From IMG/VR virus record IMGVR_UViG_3300043436_002834, positions 20,843 through 84,842 of that record: DNA of 64,000 nucleotides; one strand, 5' to 3'. The DNA is from a virus. The notes below the pieces were generated by a model. It was not told the DNA's origin. It searched no databases and worked only from the letters and a program-made list of their open reading frames with translations. Position numbers and translations under genes: made by a program. Positions within the stretch are counted from its first letter, which is position 1. The number at the start of each line of letters is the position of its first letter. Below, piece after piece: positions 28,553 through 39,200 of this stretch.

Positions 28553-29053
28553 ATGAGTTGTAGTTGTAAAGGCGCATGTGAATGCAGTAGTCATGAAGTT
28601 AAACTAAGAGGTCCTCGTGGATTTAAAGGAGACAAAGGGGAACCTGGTGTAGCCGGTCCTCAAGGAATTCAAGGTCTTGTAGGTCCCGTTGGACCCCAAG
28701 GACCTGTTGGTCCTCAAGGGCCTTCAGGAATGACAACTAACCAACTTGCTGTAAAAATTACACATGTTGGCGGACAACTGAAAGCTAATGTATATGGAGG
28801 AATTGGTACCGTTACTTATGCATGGGAAATGGCTGATGTATTGGTAATGAATAATGCATATCATTACTTTCAGTTTAATACTCCAATAAATATACAAACA
28901 GTTGGCGTTTCTTTAACTAACTTTACACCTGCGTTTAATGGTTGTAATGCAACTAACAATGCGCAAATAGGAATGGCCAAGGTAACAGTAACAGATGCAA
29001 CCGGCAGAAAAGCTATTGATACATTCTTACTTTTGAATGTGAATTGTGCTTAA
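28553..29053 (+). CDS. collagen-like fibre protein with an Ig/PKD-like end
   Basis: Cys-rich N-terminal tag, Gly-X-Y repeats, YAW...VTVTDATG. Confidence 0.7.
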   Translation: MSCSCKGACECSSHEVKLRGPRGFKGDKGEPGVAGPQGIQGLVGPVGPQGPVGPQGPSGMTTNQLAVKITHVGGQLKANVYGGIGTVTYAWEMADVLVMNNAYHYFQFNTPINIQTVGVSLTNFTPAFNGCNATNNAQIGMAKVTVTDATGRKAIDTFLLLNVNCA

Positions 29054-29065
29054 TGCGAAAAAAAT

Positions 29066-29129
29066 GTCACAGAAGGTTGGTTTATGTGGCTGACTAGGAT
29101 GAACCCCGGATAATACCGGGGTTTGTTTT
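29066..29129 (+). ncRNA. candidate structured small RNA / 3'-UTR element
   Basis: Hairpin GUCACA/UGUGGC with loop GAAGGUUGGUUUA, followed by a terminator; complementary to several leaders (see findings). Confidence 0.35.
29102..29129 (+). terminator. intrinsic terminator
   Basis: AACCCCGG-ataata-CCGGGGTT followed by TGTTTT. Confidence 0.8.
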
Positions 29130-29139
29130 ATCAATTAAT

Positions 29140-29170
29140 TTGTATTTTTGATTTATAATTAGTATATTAT
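29140..29170 (+). promoter_or_regulatory. putative phage promoter TTG-N20-TATATTA abutting the start codon
   Basis: TTG at 29140-29142 and TATATTAT at 29163-29170. Confidence 0.45.
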
Positions 29171-29662
29171 ATGAAGGTTGATTTAAATAAACCAAGGGTT
29201 ACAGAGAAAAAAGGAAAAGTAATTAACTACAAGGAAGTTAGAGATTTTAACAAGCTGTATCCTGAACATAATTTAAAGCAATCAGATATTATTAAAATCA
29301 TGCGTGCATTTAATACTAATCTGGCTGATGAAACAATGAACAATATTTATGGAGTTGTACTTCCAGAAAATATTGGAGCCATATTTATTAATAATGCAGG
29401 CAAAGCAAAAGGTAAATCAATTGACTATGCCAAATCAAAAGCGGCAGAAAAAATTGTTTACCATAAAAATTGGCATACGGATAACAATTTGATGAGGATT
29501 GTTTATATAAATAGAACAAGAAGGACATTAGTAAAAAATGCCAGCTTGTTTACATTTAACCCTCTTCAGCAATTTAAAAGAAGAGCCAGCGCATATTTTA
29601 AAAAACATTGGTCTAGATGTTTAACCACAACATATAAACCAACAGTTGACATAAAACTATAA
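29171..29662 (+). CDS. basic IHF/HU-like crAss-type protein
   Basis: LPENIGAIFI...IDYAKS...YHKNWHTD resembles the divergent IHF-like gene of crAss-like tail modules. Confidence 0.55.
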   Translation: MKVDLNKPRVTEKKGKVINYKEVRDFNKLYPEHNLKQSDIIKIMRAFNTNLADETMNNIYGVVLPENIGAIFINNAGKAKGKSIDYAKSKAAEKIVYHKNWHTDNNLMRIVYINRTRRTLVKNASLFTFNPLQQFKRRASAYFKKHWSRCLTTTYKPTVDIKL

Positions 29663-29664
29663 AA

Positions 29665-30336
29665 ATGGTTACAATTAGAGAAAGTATTTCTAGAATAAGA
29701 AATGTATTCAAATTAGTTAATGAAGATGCTTTTTTAACCGATAGGTTCATTTATAGTCTTTTAATCAAACATGCTAAAACATTAATCAGAAGACAAGATG
29801 TAGAAAACAAGTTGATGCAATATGACAGTTTGTTTGAAACATTACCTTTTGTTGAACTGATTGAAGTAGATAAAATTGAAGCTGACTGCGCTAGAATTAA
29901 AACTGGCTGCAAGATAATGCGAACTAAAAAAAAGCTTCCTAAACTAATGACAGGCAGCAATGGACCAATTCTAAGAACAGTTGCTCCTATAGATGGAAGT
30001 GATGTATTCCAACAATGTTTAGCTGCCGTATATGTAGCTATGTCTCAATCTACAAATTTTAAATACAATAAGTGTCATTACTTCTGGTATAAAAACGGGT
30101 ATTTGTATTTTCCAGATATTGTATGGGATGCAGTATCGGTAGAAGGAATGTTTGAAGAACCTGTAGATGATTTTTGTAATGAGAATGATTCTGAATGCAC
30201 ATTAGCTCAAGATAGAGATTTAACAATTCCTGATTATCTATTTACTGAAATTGAACAATTAACTCAACAAGAGTTAATGACATTAGGTAAAATTCCATCT
30301 GATACTGGAGATAATTCACAAAACATATTGAGATAA
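29665..30336 (+). CDS. tail ring/tubular protein
   Basis: YFWYKNGYLYF...GMFEEP motifs; synteny before the muzzle gene. Confidence 0.6.
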   Translation: MVTIRESISRIRNVFKLVNEDAFLTDRFIYSLLIKHAKTLIRRQDVENKLMQYDSLFETLPFVELIEVDKIEADCARIKTGCKIMRTKKKLPKLMTGSNGPILRTVAPIDGSDVFQQCLAAVYVAMSQSTNFKYNKCHYFWYKNGYLYFPDIVWDAVSVEGMFEEPVDDFCNENDSECTLAQDRDLTIPDYLFTEIEQLTQQELMTLGKIPSDTGDNSQNILR

Positions 30337-30337
30337 G

Positions 30338-31312
30338 ATGCAAAATACATTTTTGAATTATAGAACTTATGATCAGTTATTGGCGGAGATCCAATCTGAT
30401 TTTAAAAAATACTATCTTGAAGATTTTATTAATCCTCAAGAGTTTATTAAAGTAGCTAAGCGTTGCAACTATGAATTAGGTCTTAGAATATTTAAGACTA
30501 AAGAAATTGTTCTTGATATAGAAAAGGGTAGAGCTAAACTGCCTAATAACTTTCAAGTATTAAACTTTGCTTTTATTCTTGCTGATCATTATACAGTTGA
30601 ACCATTAATATCAGGAACTCATGTTGAAAATGTAAACTTAGGTCCTGTATACAATCCTGGTAACTGGAATGATGTAGATCTTTGTTCTCCTGCTACTGTT
30701 CCTCATCAACCTGAAAACAAACCGTGTAATGTACCTCATCCACATTCTTGTGGTAGTTGTGGTTCTAAGTTTGAATCATGTACATGCAAACCCGTTGGCG
30801 ATGTTAAACTAGATTGCAAAGGAAACTTTATGGTGCTTACACAACACTTTAAGTATCATACAAGAAGATGGAAGACTATGCATTCTTTAAGAATAATTAA
30901 TAGTCCTGATGTAGTTGATGCTGATTGTCCAAACAAAACTTGGCAGTCTGCAAATACAGCTTATATTAAAAATGGTTTTATCTATCCATCATTTAAAACA
31001 GGTAAACTATACATCAACTATCAATCAATGATGGAAGATGAAGATGGCAACATCTTAGTTCCCGATCATGATATGCTAAATGAGTTCTACGAATATGCTA
31101 TTAAGCAAAGAGTTCTAGAAAACATGATTATGAATGGAGAAGCTGTTAATGGTAATCAAATTCAAATTATTGAACAACGCCTTAGAGCTGCTAGAAACAA
31201 TGCATTTAGTTTGGTAAATACTCCAAACTTTAGTGAATTAAGAAGAATTTGGGAAGTTAACCGTAAAGCTCAATACCACAACTTCTACAATATGTTCTTA
31301 TCTTATAGATAA
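30338..31312 (+). CDS. tail ring protein with a Cys/His-rich insertion
   Basis: AKLPNNF and YIKNGFIYPSFKTGKLYINY...VPD motifs. Confidence 0.6.
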   Translation: MQNTFLNYRTYDQLLAEIQSDFKKYYLEDFINPQEFIKVAKRCNYELGLRIFKTKEIVLDIEKGRAKLPNNFQVLNFAFILADHYTVEPLISGTHVENVNLGPVYNPGNWNDVDLCSPATVPHQPENKPCNVPHPHSCGSCGSKFESCTCKPVGDVKLDCKGNFMVLTQHFKYHTRRWKTMHSLRIINSPDVVDADCPNKTWQSANTAYIKNGFIYPSFKTGKLYINYQSMMEDEDGNILVPDHDMLNEFYEYAIKQRVLENMIMNGEAVNGNQIQIIEQRLRAARNNAFSLVNTPNFSELRRIWEVNRKAQYHNFYNMFLSYR

Positions 31313-31317
31313 TAGTT

Positions 31318-34300
31318 ATGGCAAAGAAATCACCAGCAGGAGGCAATACATTTAAGTCTCGTGGAACTTTTGATAAGTCACTTGTAACTGATACAAGTGA
31401 TTTTCATTTACCGGAGAATTCATGGACATATGCAAGAAATGCTATTAACAATACAAGAAAAGGAGATTTAGGTAAACTTAGTACTGAGCCGGCTAATGCT
31501 TTATGTACTTTTGCACCCTACACAATTATTGGAGCAATTCATATTGAACAAGATCAATGGTTGTTGTTTTCTACTAATAATACAGATTCTGAAATTGGTA
31601 TTTTTAAAGAAGGTAGTTGCTCCTACAGCACAGTTGTAAATGATCCTTGTCTTAATTTTAATACAGATAATCTTATTAAGGGGATTATAAGACCAACATT
31701 TAATTGTTCTTTTAATGCTTACTGGGATGACGGCAGAAATGTTTCAAGAGTACTGGATATTAAAAATGTTCCATGGAAACAAGTATGTACAACCACAAAT
31801 GGCTGCACTACATGCGTTGACACAACAGATCTTGATTGTGATAAGATAAGACTTGAGTCTTTCATAGAAACACCTTGTATTCAAATAAAAAAAGGTAAAG
31901 GTATTGGTAGCATACTTAATGGCACTTACCAAGCGCAGATTGCTTATTTAGTAGATCAGCAACGAGTAACTGACTACTTTATCCCTTCTAATGCATTAAC
32001 TTTATTTGATCATACAAATGTTAATAGCTCAATAGAATTAAATCTTAGCAACCTAGATACAAACTTTGAAGATTATGAGTTGGTATTGATATCTACAATT
32101 AATGAAAAGACTGTAGCTAGAAAGATGGGTATTTATAGTACCCGTCAAACTCAAATATCTTTTGATTACATTGATATTACTTTACCGGTAGTTCCTTTAG
32201 CAGATCTTACTATTATTACTCCGGTTCCAGATAAATCAGAAGCCATGTTTACTGTAGGAAGCTATGCATTGCGTGTAGGTCCTACAACTAAATTTGACTT
32301 TAATTACCAACCACTTGCTAATCAGATTTCAACTCTTTGGCAGTGTGTAGAATACAAAAAAGAGTATTATAAAAATGGGGGAACTAACATTGGATATATG
32401 CGAGATGAGGTCTACTCATTTTTTATCCGATGGGTGTATAACACTGGAGACAAATCTAAAAGTTACCACATTCCAGGAAGAGCAGCTGAACAATTTTATT
32501 TGACAAATGATGCGGGAGCTAATGCAGGTTTAATATCTGAAACAGCAATTTGTCCTGCAACAGTCAATGACATAGAAAGTCCTGACTATACTCCTAAAGT
32601 ATTTGAAGTTTACAATACAGCTACTATATCATCTACACCAAATACAGTATTGGCTGATGGCGGGGTTTTAGTGGCAGAAGGTAAAATGGGTTATTGGGAA
32701 TCTGTTGAGAACTATGATGACAATAATCCTATTGTTTGGAACTCAAATGTACCTGGTCATCCAGAATGGAATCTTTGCGGGCAGCCTATTAGACATCATA
32801 AATTTCCAGAGAATACTATTATTTCCGGGGGAGCCATAGATACTATTACCAATCACTATGTTGATGGTGGTGAAAAAATTAGAATCATGGGTGTTGCTTT
32901 TGATAATATTCAGCCTCCTGTAGATAATAATGGCAACCCAATTACTAATATTGTTGGGTATGAAATTCTAAGAGGAAATAGAACAGGTACTAAAAGTGTA
33001 TTGTATAAAGGTATTATCAATAACATGTTTGAATATAATGCTCCTGATTTAATTACAGGCAAAACAGCATTGTATGCTAACTATCCATTTAATGATTTAA
33101 GACCGGATCCATTTATTTCTTCTAATGCTTTACCGACTAGTTATGAACCACTTCAAGGTGGTTTAATTAACTATACACCTAATGCAGATTATAGCAAGAA
33201 ACATTTTACATTTCATTCACCAGATACAATGTTTGCAAGACCATTTTTGGTTGATGATGAAGTAAAAGTATATGGTACCTCTTATGGCACATCTAATGGT
33301 TATTATATTGAACCTGATAATCATCCAAGACATAAATTTATAACTGATATTTCTTTTGCTACATCAATTATTGTGGGTGTAGGATTTGCCATTTCTAAAA
33401 TGGTAGGTAGTAGAGATACTAAGTATGTAGGTTATCAAATAGACAGCGATCAAATATTTGCAGGAACATCTACATCACCGGGTAACGTAGTGCCTGCTGG
33501 TGCGGCTTTAACTGCAGCACAAGCTACCGCTCTAAACACATTAGGTATTCAAGGAATGACAGATGCATTTACCGGTCAGAATACCGGTTTAGCTTCTGCT
33601 ACAAGCGGTGCACAAAATGGCGCCATAGCTGCTTCTAAAGTTGCTGCGTCAATTCCTGCAACAGGTATAACATCAGGTTATGTTGAGATCTCACTTAAAG
33701 ATCAAGATGCAACACCAGGTATTTTAAAGACGGCCTTGTTGGCTTTAGGAAACCCTATGTTCCAATCATATTTAGCTGATGGTACAGATACAACTATTAA
33801 GTTAATTCAATCATTAGGATCTTGGAGACAGTATGCTGTGCAGTATCAGTCACTCTGTAGATATGAAAATTTTGCGGGTCCTGCAGCTAAAAATAGAAGA
33901 AGAAGAGTTAATGATGCAAGGTATTTAAATCCAGGTGTACAAGATTACTCAACTAACTTTATAGTAAATCACATTAACAGGAATGAAACTGTAATGTTTG
34001 ATACTACTGTAGATATTGAGAATGTACCTTCTGCTTATGCTGATGTATCCCGTCCTCCGCGTATTTCTCAATTACCAGGAGGAGCTGAGTTTAATACAAT
34101 TAACAGAAGAGCATCTTCTCACTATGTAGCTTTAAAAACAAGATTGCGTAACCAATATGGTCAATTGCAATCTATCAGACAAGTGATGGTTTCTTCTTGT
34201 GTGACTCCAATAACATACACTAAGTCACCTACTTTATTTGGAGGAGACATTTATATTGGAAAGTATTCAGAAAAAAACACTTTATACTATTTCCAACAGT

Positions 34301-36237
34301 GGTTAAATGGACAACCAGATGGTGCTGTATTTAATTACAATAAACAAAAGATGTTTGAGTGGACTGCATTTTGGATGGATACTGATCCATTTGATTTGGC
34401 TGAGTTTATTCAAAGTATTCCTACAGCTCTACAGAATGCTATTACAGGAGGTACAGTAAACTCATTCTTGGCATCATTGGTTACACCAAGCGATAAACAC
34501 TGCTTAGATAGATTAAATCCGCACAACGGACAAGCAAATGGTATATTCTTGTTAAAGAGAGCCTTTATGTATTTGTTTAATTCTGGCGTAAGAGATTTCT
34601 ATGTAGAGTCAGAGTTTAATATTGATATGCGCGATTGGCAAGATAATGTAGCAAAAAAACATTATCCAATTCTTGCAGATCTTAAAACAATGTTTGGAAT
34701 GGATTTAATTAAAGCTGATAACTATTATCAAATAGATAGAAGCTTATCTCATTCATTTATGGCAAGTCAAAAAATACCTTGGGGTATAATGCAAGAAAGA
34801 GATTATGATCCACAATTATCTGAAACTTGTTATACTAAGTTTCCTCGCAGATTACTATACTCATTACCTCAAGTTGCCGCTCAGCAAAATGTATCACTAC
34901 TTAAAAAAGATAATTGGAGAGTATTCTTACCAAATAACTTTGCTGATTATGAAAGTGCAATTACAGCTATAAAACCAATTGATAAAACAGGAGCTCTTAT
35001 TTTGTTTGAAAATCAAGCTCCTGGTTTTTTACCAGGTGTTGATGAACTACAAACTCAAGGTGGTGCCGCTGTTACTATTGGTGATGGTAAATTATTTGCA
35101 AGAAAACTTCAACAGTTATCTAACTCTGAAACATCTTATGAGTATGCTTCATGCCAAAGCAGATTGTCTGTATTAAATACCCCGGCAGGTGTCTTTTGGA
35201 TGAATCTTAATCAGGGTAAGATATTTAATTATGCAGGCGGTCTCAAAGAGATTTCACTTAAAGGAAACCGCTTTTGGTTAAACAACTATTTACCATACAA
35301 ATTACTTGAAGATTTTCCTACCTATTCGGTATTAGATAATCCTGTAGCTGGTATTGGTTGTCAGACAATTTATGATAATGAGTACAGTTTAGTTTATTTC
35401 TGTAAGAAGGATTATAAGCTAAAGAAAAATCTTCCTGTTACAGTAGAATATATTGGCGGATCTAAGTTTTTAATTAATGGCATATTTGTAGCTCAAACAG
35501 GAGATCCATTATACTTTGATGATTGCTCTTGGACATTAAGTTATGATCCTAAGATTGAAGAGTTTGTTTCATTCCATGACTGGCATCCAGATTTATCTTT
35601 AGGAGCAAAGAATACTTTCTTGACAACTAAGGATAATAGCATTTGGAATCATAACAATATCTGCAGCAAGTATTGTAATTACTATGGTAAGGATTATCCT
35701 TTTGAGGTTGAATTCCAATTAGATAATAAGTTTTCTGTAGCTACAATGCGCAATGTTGAATACTACATTGAATCATATATTTACAATCCAGAAAACTGCT
35801 ATGACCGTTTTCATGTATTAGATTATGGATTTGATGAAGCAATTGTATATAACTCAGAGCAAGTATCCGGTCTTTTAAAACTTCACTTGAGTCCTAAGAA
35901 TGATATTCCTTTGTTACTTACATTCCCTAAGATTCAGACTAATTACATTGATATTCTCTTTTCTAAAGAAGAGCAGCAATACAGATTTAATCAGTTCTGG
36001 GATGTTACAAACGACAGAGGTGAATATTCAAATGCGCAAGAAACTATATGGCAAACCGAAGATAATGGCTACATTAGAAACCTGAATCCAAATAACTTAA
36101 ACTATAATAAGCAGGAGTTTCAAAGAAAAAAATTCCGCCATTATAATAACCGAGTTATTTTAAGAAGAAGCAAAAATACTAATGTAGAAATCTTGGTAAG
36201 TTTAGCTGCAAGTAACCAGCAACTATCTCACCGATAA
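31318..36237 (+). CDS. tail muzzle/stabilization (nozzle-like) protein
   Basis: 1639 aa; YMRDEVYSF, IRHHKFP and WTLSY...SFHDWHP motifs of crAss-like stabilization proteins. Confidence 0.8.
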   Translation: MAKKSPAGGNTFKSRGTFDKSLVTDTSDFHLPENSWTYARNAINNTRKGDLGKLSTEPANALCTFAPYTIIGAIHIEQDQWLLFSTNNTDSEIGIFKEGSCSYSTVVNDPCLNFNTDNLIKGIIRPTFNCSFNAYWDDGRNVSRVLDIKNVPWKQVCTTTNGCTTCVDTTDLDCDKIRLESFIETPCIQIKKGKGIGSILNGTYQAQIAYLVDQQRVTDYFIPSNALTLFDHTNVNSSIELNLSNLDTNFEDYELVLISTINEKTVARKMGIYSTRQTQISFDYIDITLPVVPLADLTIITPVPDKSEAMFTVGSYALRVGPTTKFDFNYQPLANQISTLWQCVEYKKEYYKNGGTNIGYMRDEVYSFFIRWVYNTGDKSKSYHIPGRAAEQFYLTNDAGANAGLISETAICPATVNDIESPDYTPKVFEVYNTATISSTPNTVLADGGVLVAEGKMGYWESVENYDDNNPIVWNSNVPGHPEWNLCGQPIRHHKFPENTIISGGAIDTITNHYVDGGEKIRIMGVAFDNIQPPVDNNGNPITNIVGYEILRGNRTGTKSVLYKGIINNMFEYNAPDLITGKTALYANYPFNDLRPDPFISSNALPTSYEPLQGGLINYTPNADYSKKHFTFHSPDTMFARPFLVDDEVKVYGTSYGTSNGYYIEPDNHPRHKFITDISFATSIIVGVGFAISKMVGSRDTKYVGYQIDSDQIFAGTSTSPGNVVPAGAALTAAQATALNTLGIQGMTDAFTGQNTGLASATSGAQNGAIAASKVAASIPATGITSGYVEISLKDQDATPGILKTALLALGNPMFQSYLADGTDTTIKLIQSLGSWRQYAVQYQSLCRYENFAGPAAKNRRRRVNDARYLNPGVQDYSTNFIVNHINRNETVMFDTTVDIENVPSAYADVSRPPRISQLPGGAEFNTINRRASSHYVALKTRLRNQYGQLQSIRQVMVSSCVTPITYTKSPTLFGGDIYIGKYSEKNTLYYFQQWLNGQPDGAVFNYNKQKMFEWTAFWMDTDPFDLAEFIQSIPTALQNAITGGTVNSFLASLVTPSDKHCLDRLNPHNGQANGIFLLKRAFMYLFNSGVRDFYVESEFNIDMRDWQDNVAKKHYPILADLKTMFGMDLIKADNYYQIDRSLSHSFMASQKIPWGIMQERDYDPQLSETCYTKFPRRLLYSLPQVAAQQNVSLLKKDNWRVFLPNNFADYESAITAIKPIDKTGALILFENQAPGFLPGVDELQTQGGAAVTIGDGKLFARKLQQLSNSETSYEYASCQSRLSVLNTPAGVFWMNLNQGKIFNYAGGLKEISLKGNRFWLNNYLPYKLLEDFPTYSVLDNPVAGIGCQTIYDNEYSLVYFCKKDYKLKKNLPVTVEYIGGSKFLINGIFVAQTGDPLYFDDCSWTLSYDPKIEEFVSFHDWHPDLSLGAKNTFLTTKDNSIWNHNNICSKYCNYYGKDYPFEVEFQLDNKFSVATMRNVEYYIESYIYNPENCYDRFHVLDYGFDEAIVYNSEQVSGLLKLHLSPKNDIPLLLTFPKIQTNYIDILFSKEEQQYRFNQFWDVTNDRGEYSNAQETIWQTEDNGYIRNLNPNNLNYNKQEFQRKKFRHYNNRVILRRSKNTNVEILVSLAASNQQLSHR

Positions 36238-36280
36238 ACATTTAATAGTTAAGATAAATAAATTTTTTTTTGTATATTAC
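36234..36280 (+). promoter_or_regulatory. promoter of the cargo/RNAP operon
   Basis: TAAACATTTAATAGTTAA box plus a TTTGTATATTAC core. Confidence 0.55.
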
Positions 36281-36298
36281 AAGTATAACCAATATAAA

Positions 36299-39200
36299 AT
36301 GGAGAATCCGCAAGCACAAATGCCACAAGGGCAACCAGGTCCAGCTCAACAAGGAGGGGATGATCAAATGCAGCAAATTATGCAATATGTACAGCAATCT
36401 GTACAGCAAGGTGCACAACCTGTTGATGTTGCAATACAATTAATTCAACAAGGAGCACAGCCTGAAATGATCATGCAAGTGTTTGTTCAAATGGGTATGC
36501 CGGAAGATCAAGCGCGTGAGGCTATAGAAACTGCAATGGAAGGTGGGCAACCTATGCCTGCTACAGGAGAAGGTGATCAATTAGAAGATGCTAGTAATCC
36601 GGATGCAGAAATGGCTGAAGAAGGTGATATGCCTGTAGATCAACCAGGTGATTTGGCTCAACAAATGGCATTTGGAGGTTCTCCCAGACGCGCACTTAAA
36701 AAGTATGCAAATGGTGCTGCAGTAGATCCTAATCAAGAATTGCAATCAGTAATGCAGCAGGTTCAAGAAATGATGGATGGTGGTGCTGATGCTAGACAAG
36801 TAATGCAACAAATTCAAGCGGCTGCACAACAAGGACAAATCAGCCCTGAAGTTGCTACATCTGTAATGGAGCAATTACAAGGAATGCAACAAGCAGAAAA
36901 CCCACAAGGTTCTGATGCGGCAATGATGGCTCAATCACAAGATCCTCAACAAATGGATCCTAACATGGCTGTACCAGATTCTCCAATGATGAAGTTTGGT
37001 GGGAATCTTAAAAAGCTTATGTCTAAAGCTTATGGAGGTAACATGACTCCACCAAGCATTGACTCTAAAACATATGCTCAAGATAGAGCTGCTATGTTTG
37101 TAGGAGCTGTAAAGAACAATGCATTTAAATCAACTTTAGATGATGAGTTTCCTAGTCTTGTTGGAAATAAAATGGCTTACGGTGGAGATATTCCTAAAGC
37201 TGTAGATGGCTTTGATGTAACTAAATATAAAACAGCGGATGAAGCTGAATTAGCAGCTTACCGTTATAGAAATACATTAGCTCCGGAAGAACAAGCTAAG
37301 TTTGATGTAGGAGCTACATTAAAGAATTGGAAACAACCAGAGCCTACTTATGAAGCAGGTAAAAATTATCAATATGATCCTGCTACTAAAAGTTGGAAAG
37401 CAGCAGAAACACCCGCTGCTAATACAGTTCAAGCTAACAGCCAATTAAATCCTGTAGGTTATCCTAATCCTAATATGGGATTGTATGGTAATTTGTATGC
37501 AGGTGCATCACCGTTTGCAAGATTACTTGCTAATAGCGGTAATTACAATTTAGATCCAAGAATTACTGGAGCTAATCTACCTGGAGGAATGAGCGCTCAA
37601 CAGTTTTTAGGAGCTGCTGGCCCTAATGGTTTAGTACCGGGTATGTCAGGAACAATTGGTGATCAAACTTGGAGAATCGGTGAAGCAGAAAAATTCAAAG
37701 AAGGCAGTATTTGGAAAGGCAACCGTAGAAAAGGTGTGCGCTATCAAATTGATTGGGGTTCACAAGCGGCAATGAATCCTAATGCACCACAACCTGCAAT
37801 GGGACCGCAAAATCAACCAGTAGTTGGTCCACAAAATCAACCAGCGCCTGCACCTGCCGCAGCACCTACTGCTCCAGTTGTACCTTCTGTTCCAACAGCA
37901 CCTGTTTCTCCTGCAGCAGCAACTCCTGCAGTTTCTTCAACAACTTCGGTTCCTGCTGCGGCACCTCCAACTAATCCATATTTTCCTGGAGAAAATCCGG
38001 CAGATGATGCAGGCTGGGGTTTACCAAGCAATGTACAACCTAATAACTATTTTGCTGGAGAAAATCCATCTGATGATTCTGGGTGGGGTTTACCAAAAGA
38101 TCCTAATGCACCGGTTACACAAAGTGTTAATCCATCTATGGTTAATTCAAATCCTGCTCCTGATAACCCAATGAATGTTAATTCTCAGTTTGCTCAAAAT
38201 TATATTAATTCGGCATATGGGGATATACGTTCTGATTTAACAGGAACAGATCAACAGGCTTTAGACCAATTAATTACTAATGGTGCAAATCAGAATCAAA
38301 TTGATGAAAGTGTAACAGCCATTTTAAATAACCGTAACTTAAATCTTTCTCAAGCCAATCAAAATGCTATGCAGCCGCCTGTTGAAGAATTTCCATCTTT
38401 AGCAACAGCTCCAACTGCAGTTAATACAGCAGATCAAACATTAGTTAATCCTGCAACTACAGATGTAATTAATCCATCTAGTGAAGTAAATCCTGTAGAT
38501 CAAAATGTTCAGCCTCAAGCTGTTTTGCCACAAGCTACTCAGTTAGCTGCTGCACCAGCATCTCCTAGGATTACTGTACCTCCAGTTAAACCAAAACCGG
38601 TAAGTCAAAATCCCCCAGTTACTCCGCCTACTACTCCTAAAAAAGGAAATAATCCTTGGGATCAAGATAAATCAAGCAACTGGTATGTTCCTAAAAATGA
38701 TGACGCTGGTTTTGCTGAATTTAAAAAAACTAATCCTAAAATTCCAAATCCTAATGCTCCTCGTTGGGGTAAAGGTGGAACTGAGGAACAATTAAAAGCG
38801 GCACATTTACAAGCTATTAAAAATGCTCAAACCCGAATGGCCACATTTAATAGTCAACAACAAAAGCAACAACAAGCTAATCGTAACTCAAATGCTAATT
38901 TAAATAGCTATGGTTATGGTGGAGGAGTTGATCCAGCTGCTTTAGAAAATGCAGTTGCATTAATTAATCGTGCATTTGGGGGTATGATTCCAAGAGCTGA
39001 CAATGGATTAAATCTTGGTACCCAGGATACAGACACCAATAATATTCCAGATTATTTGCAGTTTAATACTTGGCAAGAGGCTAATCCTGACAAAGGATCT
39101 ATAGAAGCATCTAATGCCCAAAAATTAAATATTGACTGGAATGCTGCAGGTGACATGTATATGAGTGGTGCGGGTAGACTTACTAACTTTATGAATAAAG

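Noticed and set aside
25670-28730. GC-richer repetitive tracts as CRISPR arrays or foreign DNA
   Set aside because: Explained by Gly-X-Y collagen codons; no repeat-spacer structure.
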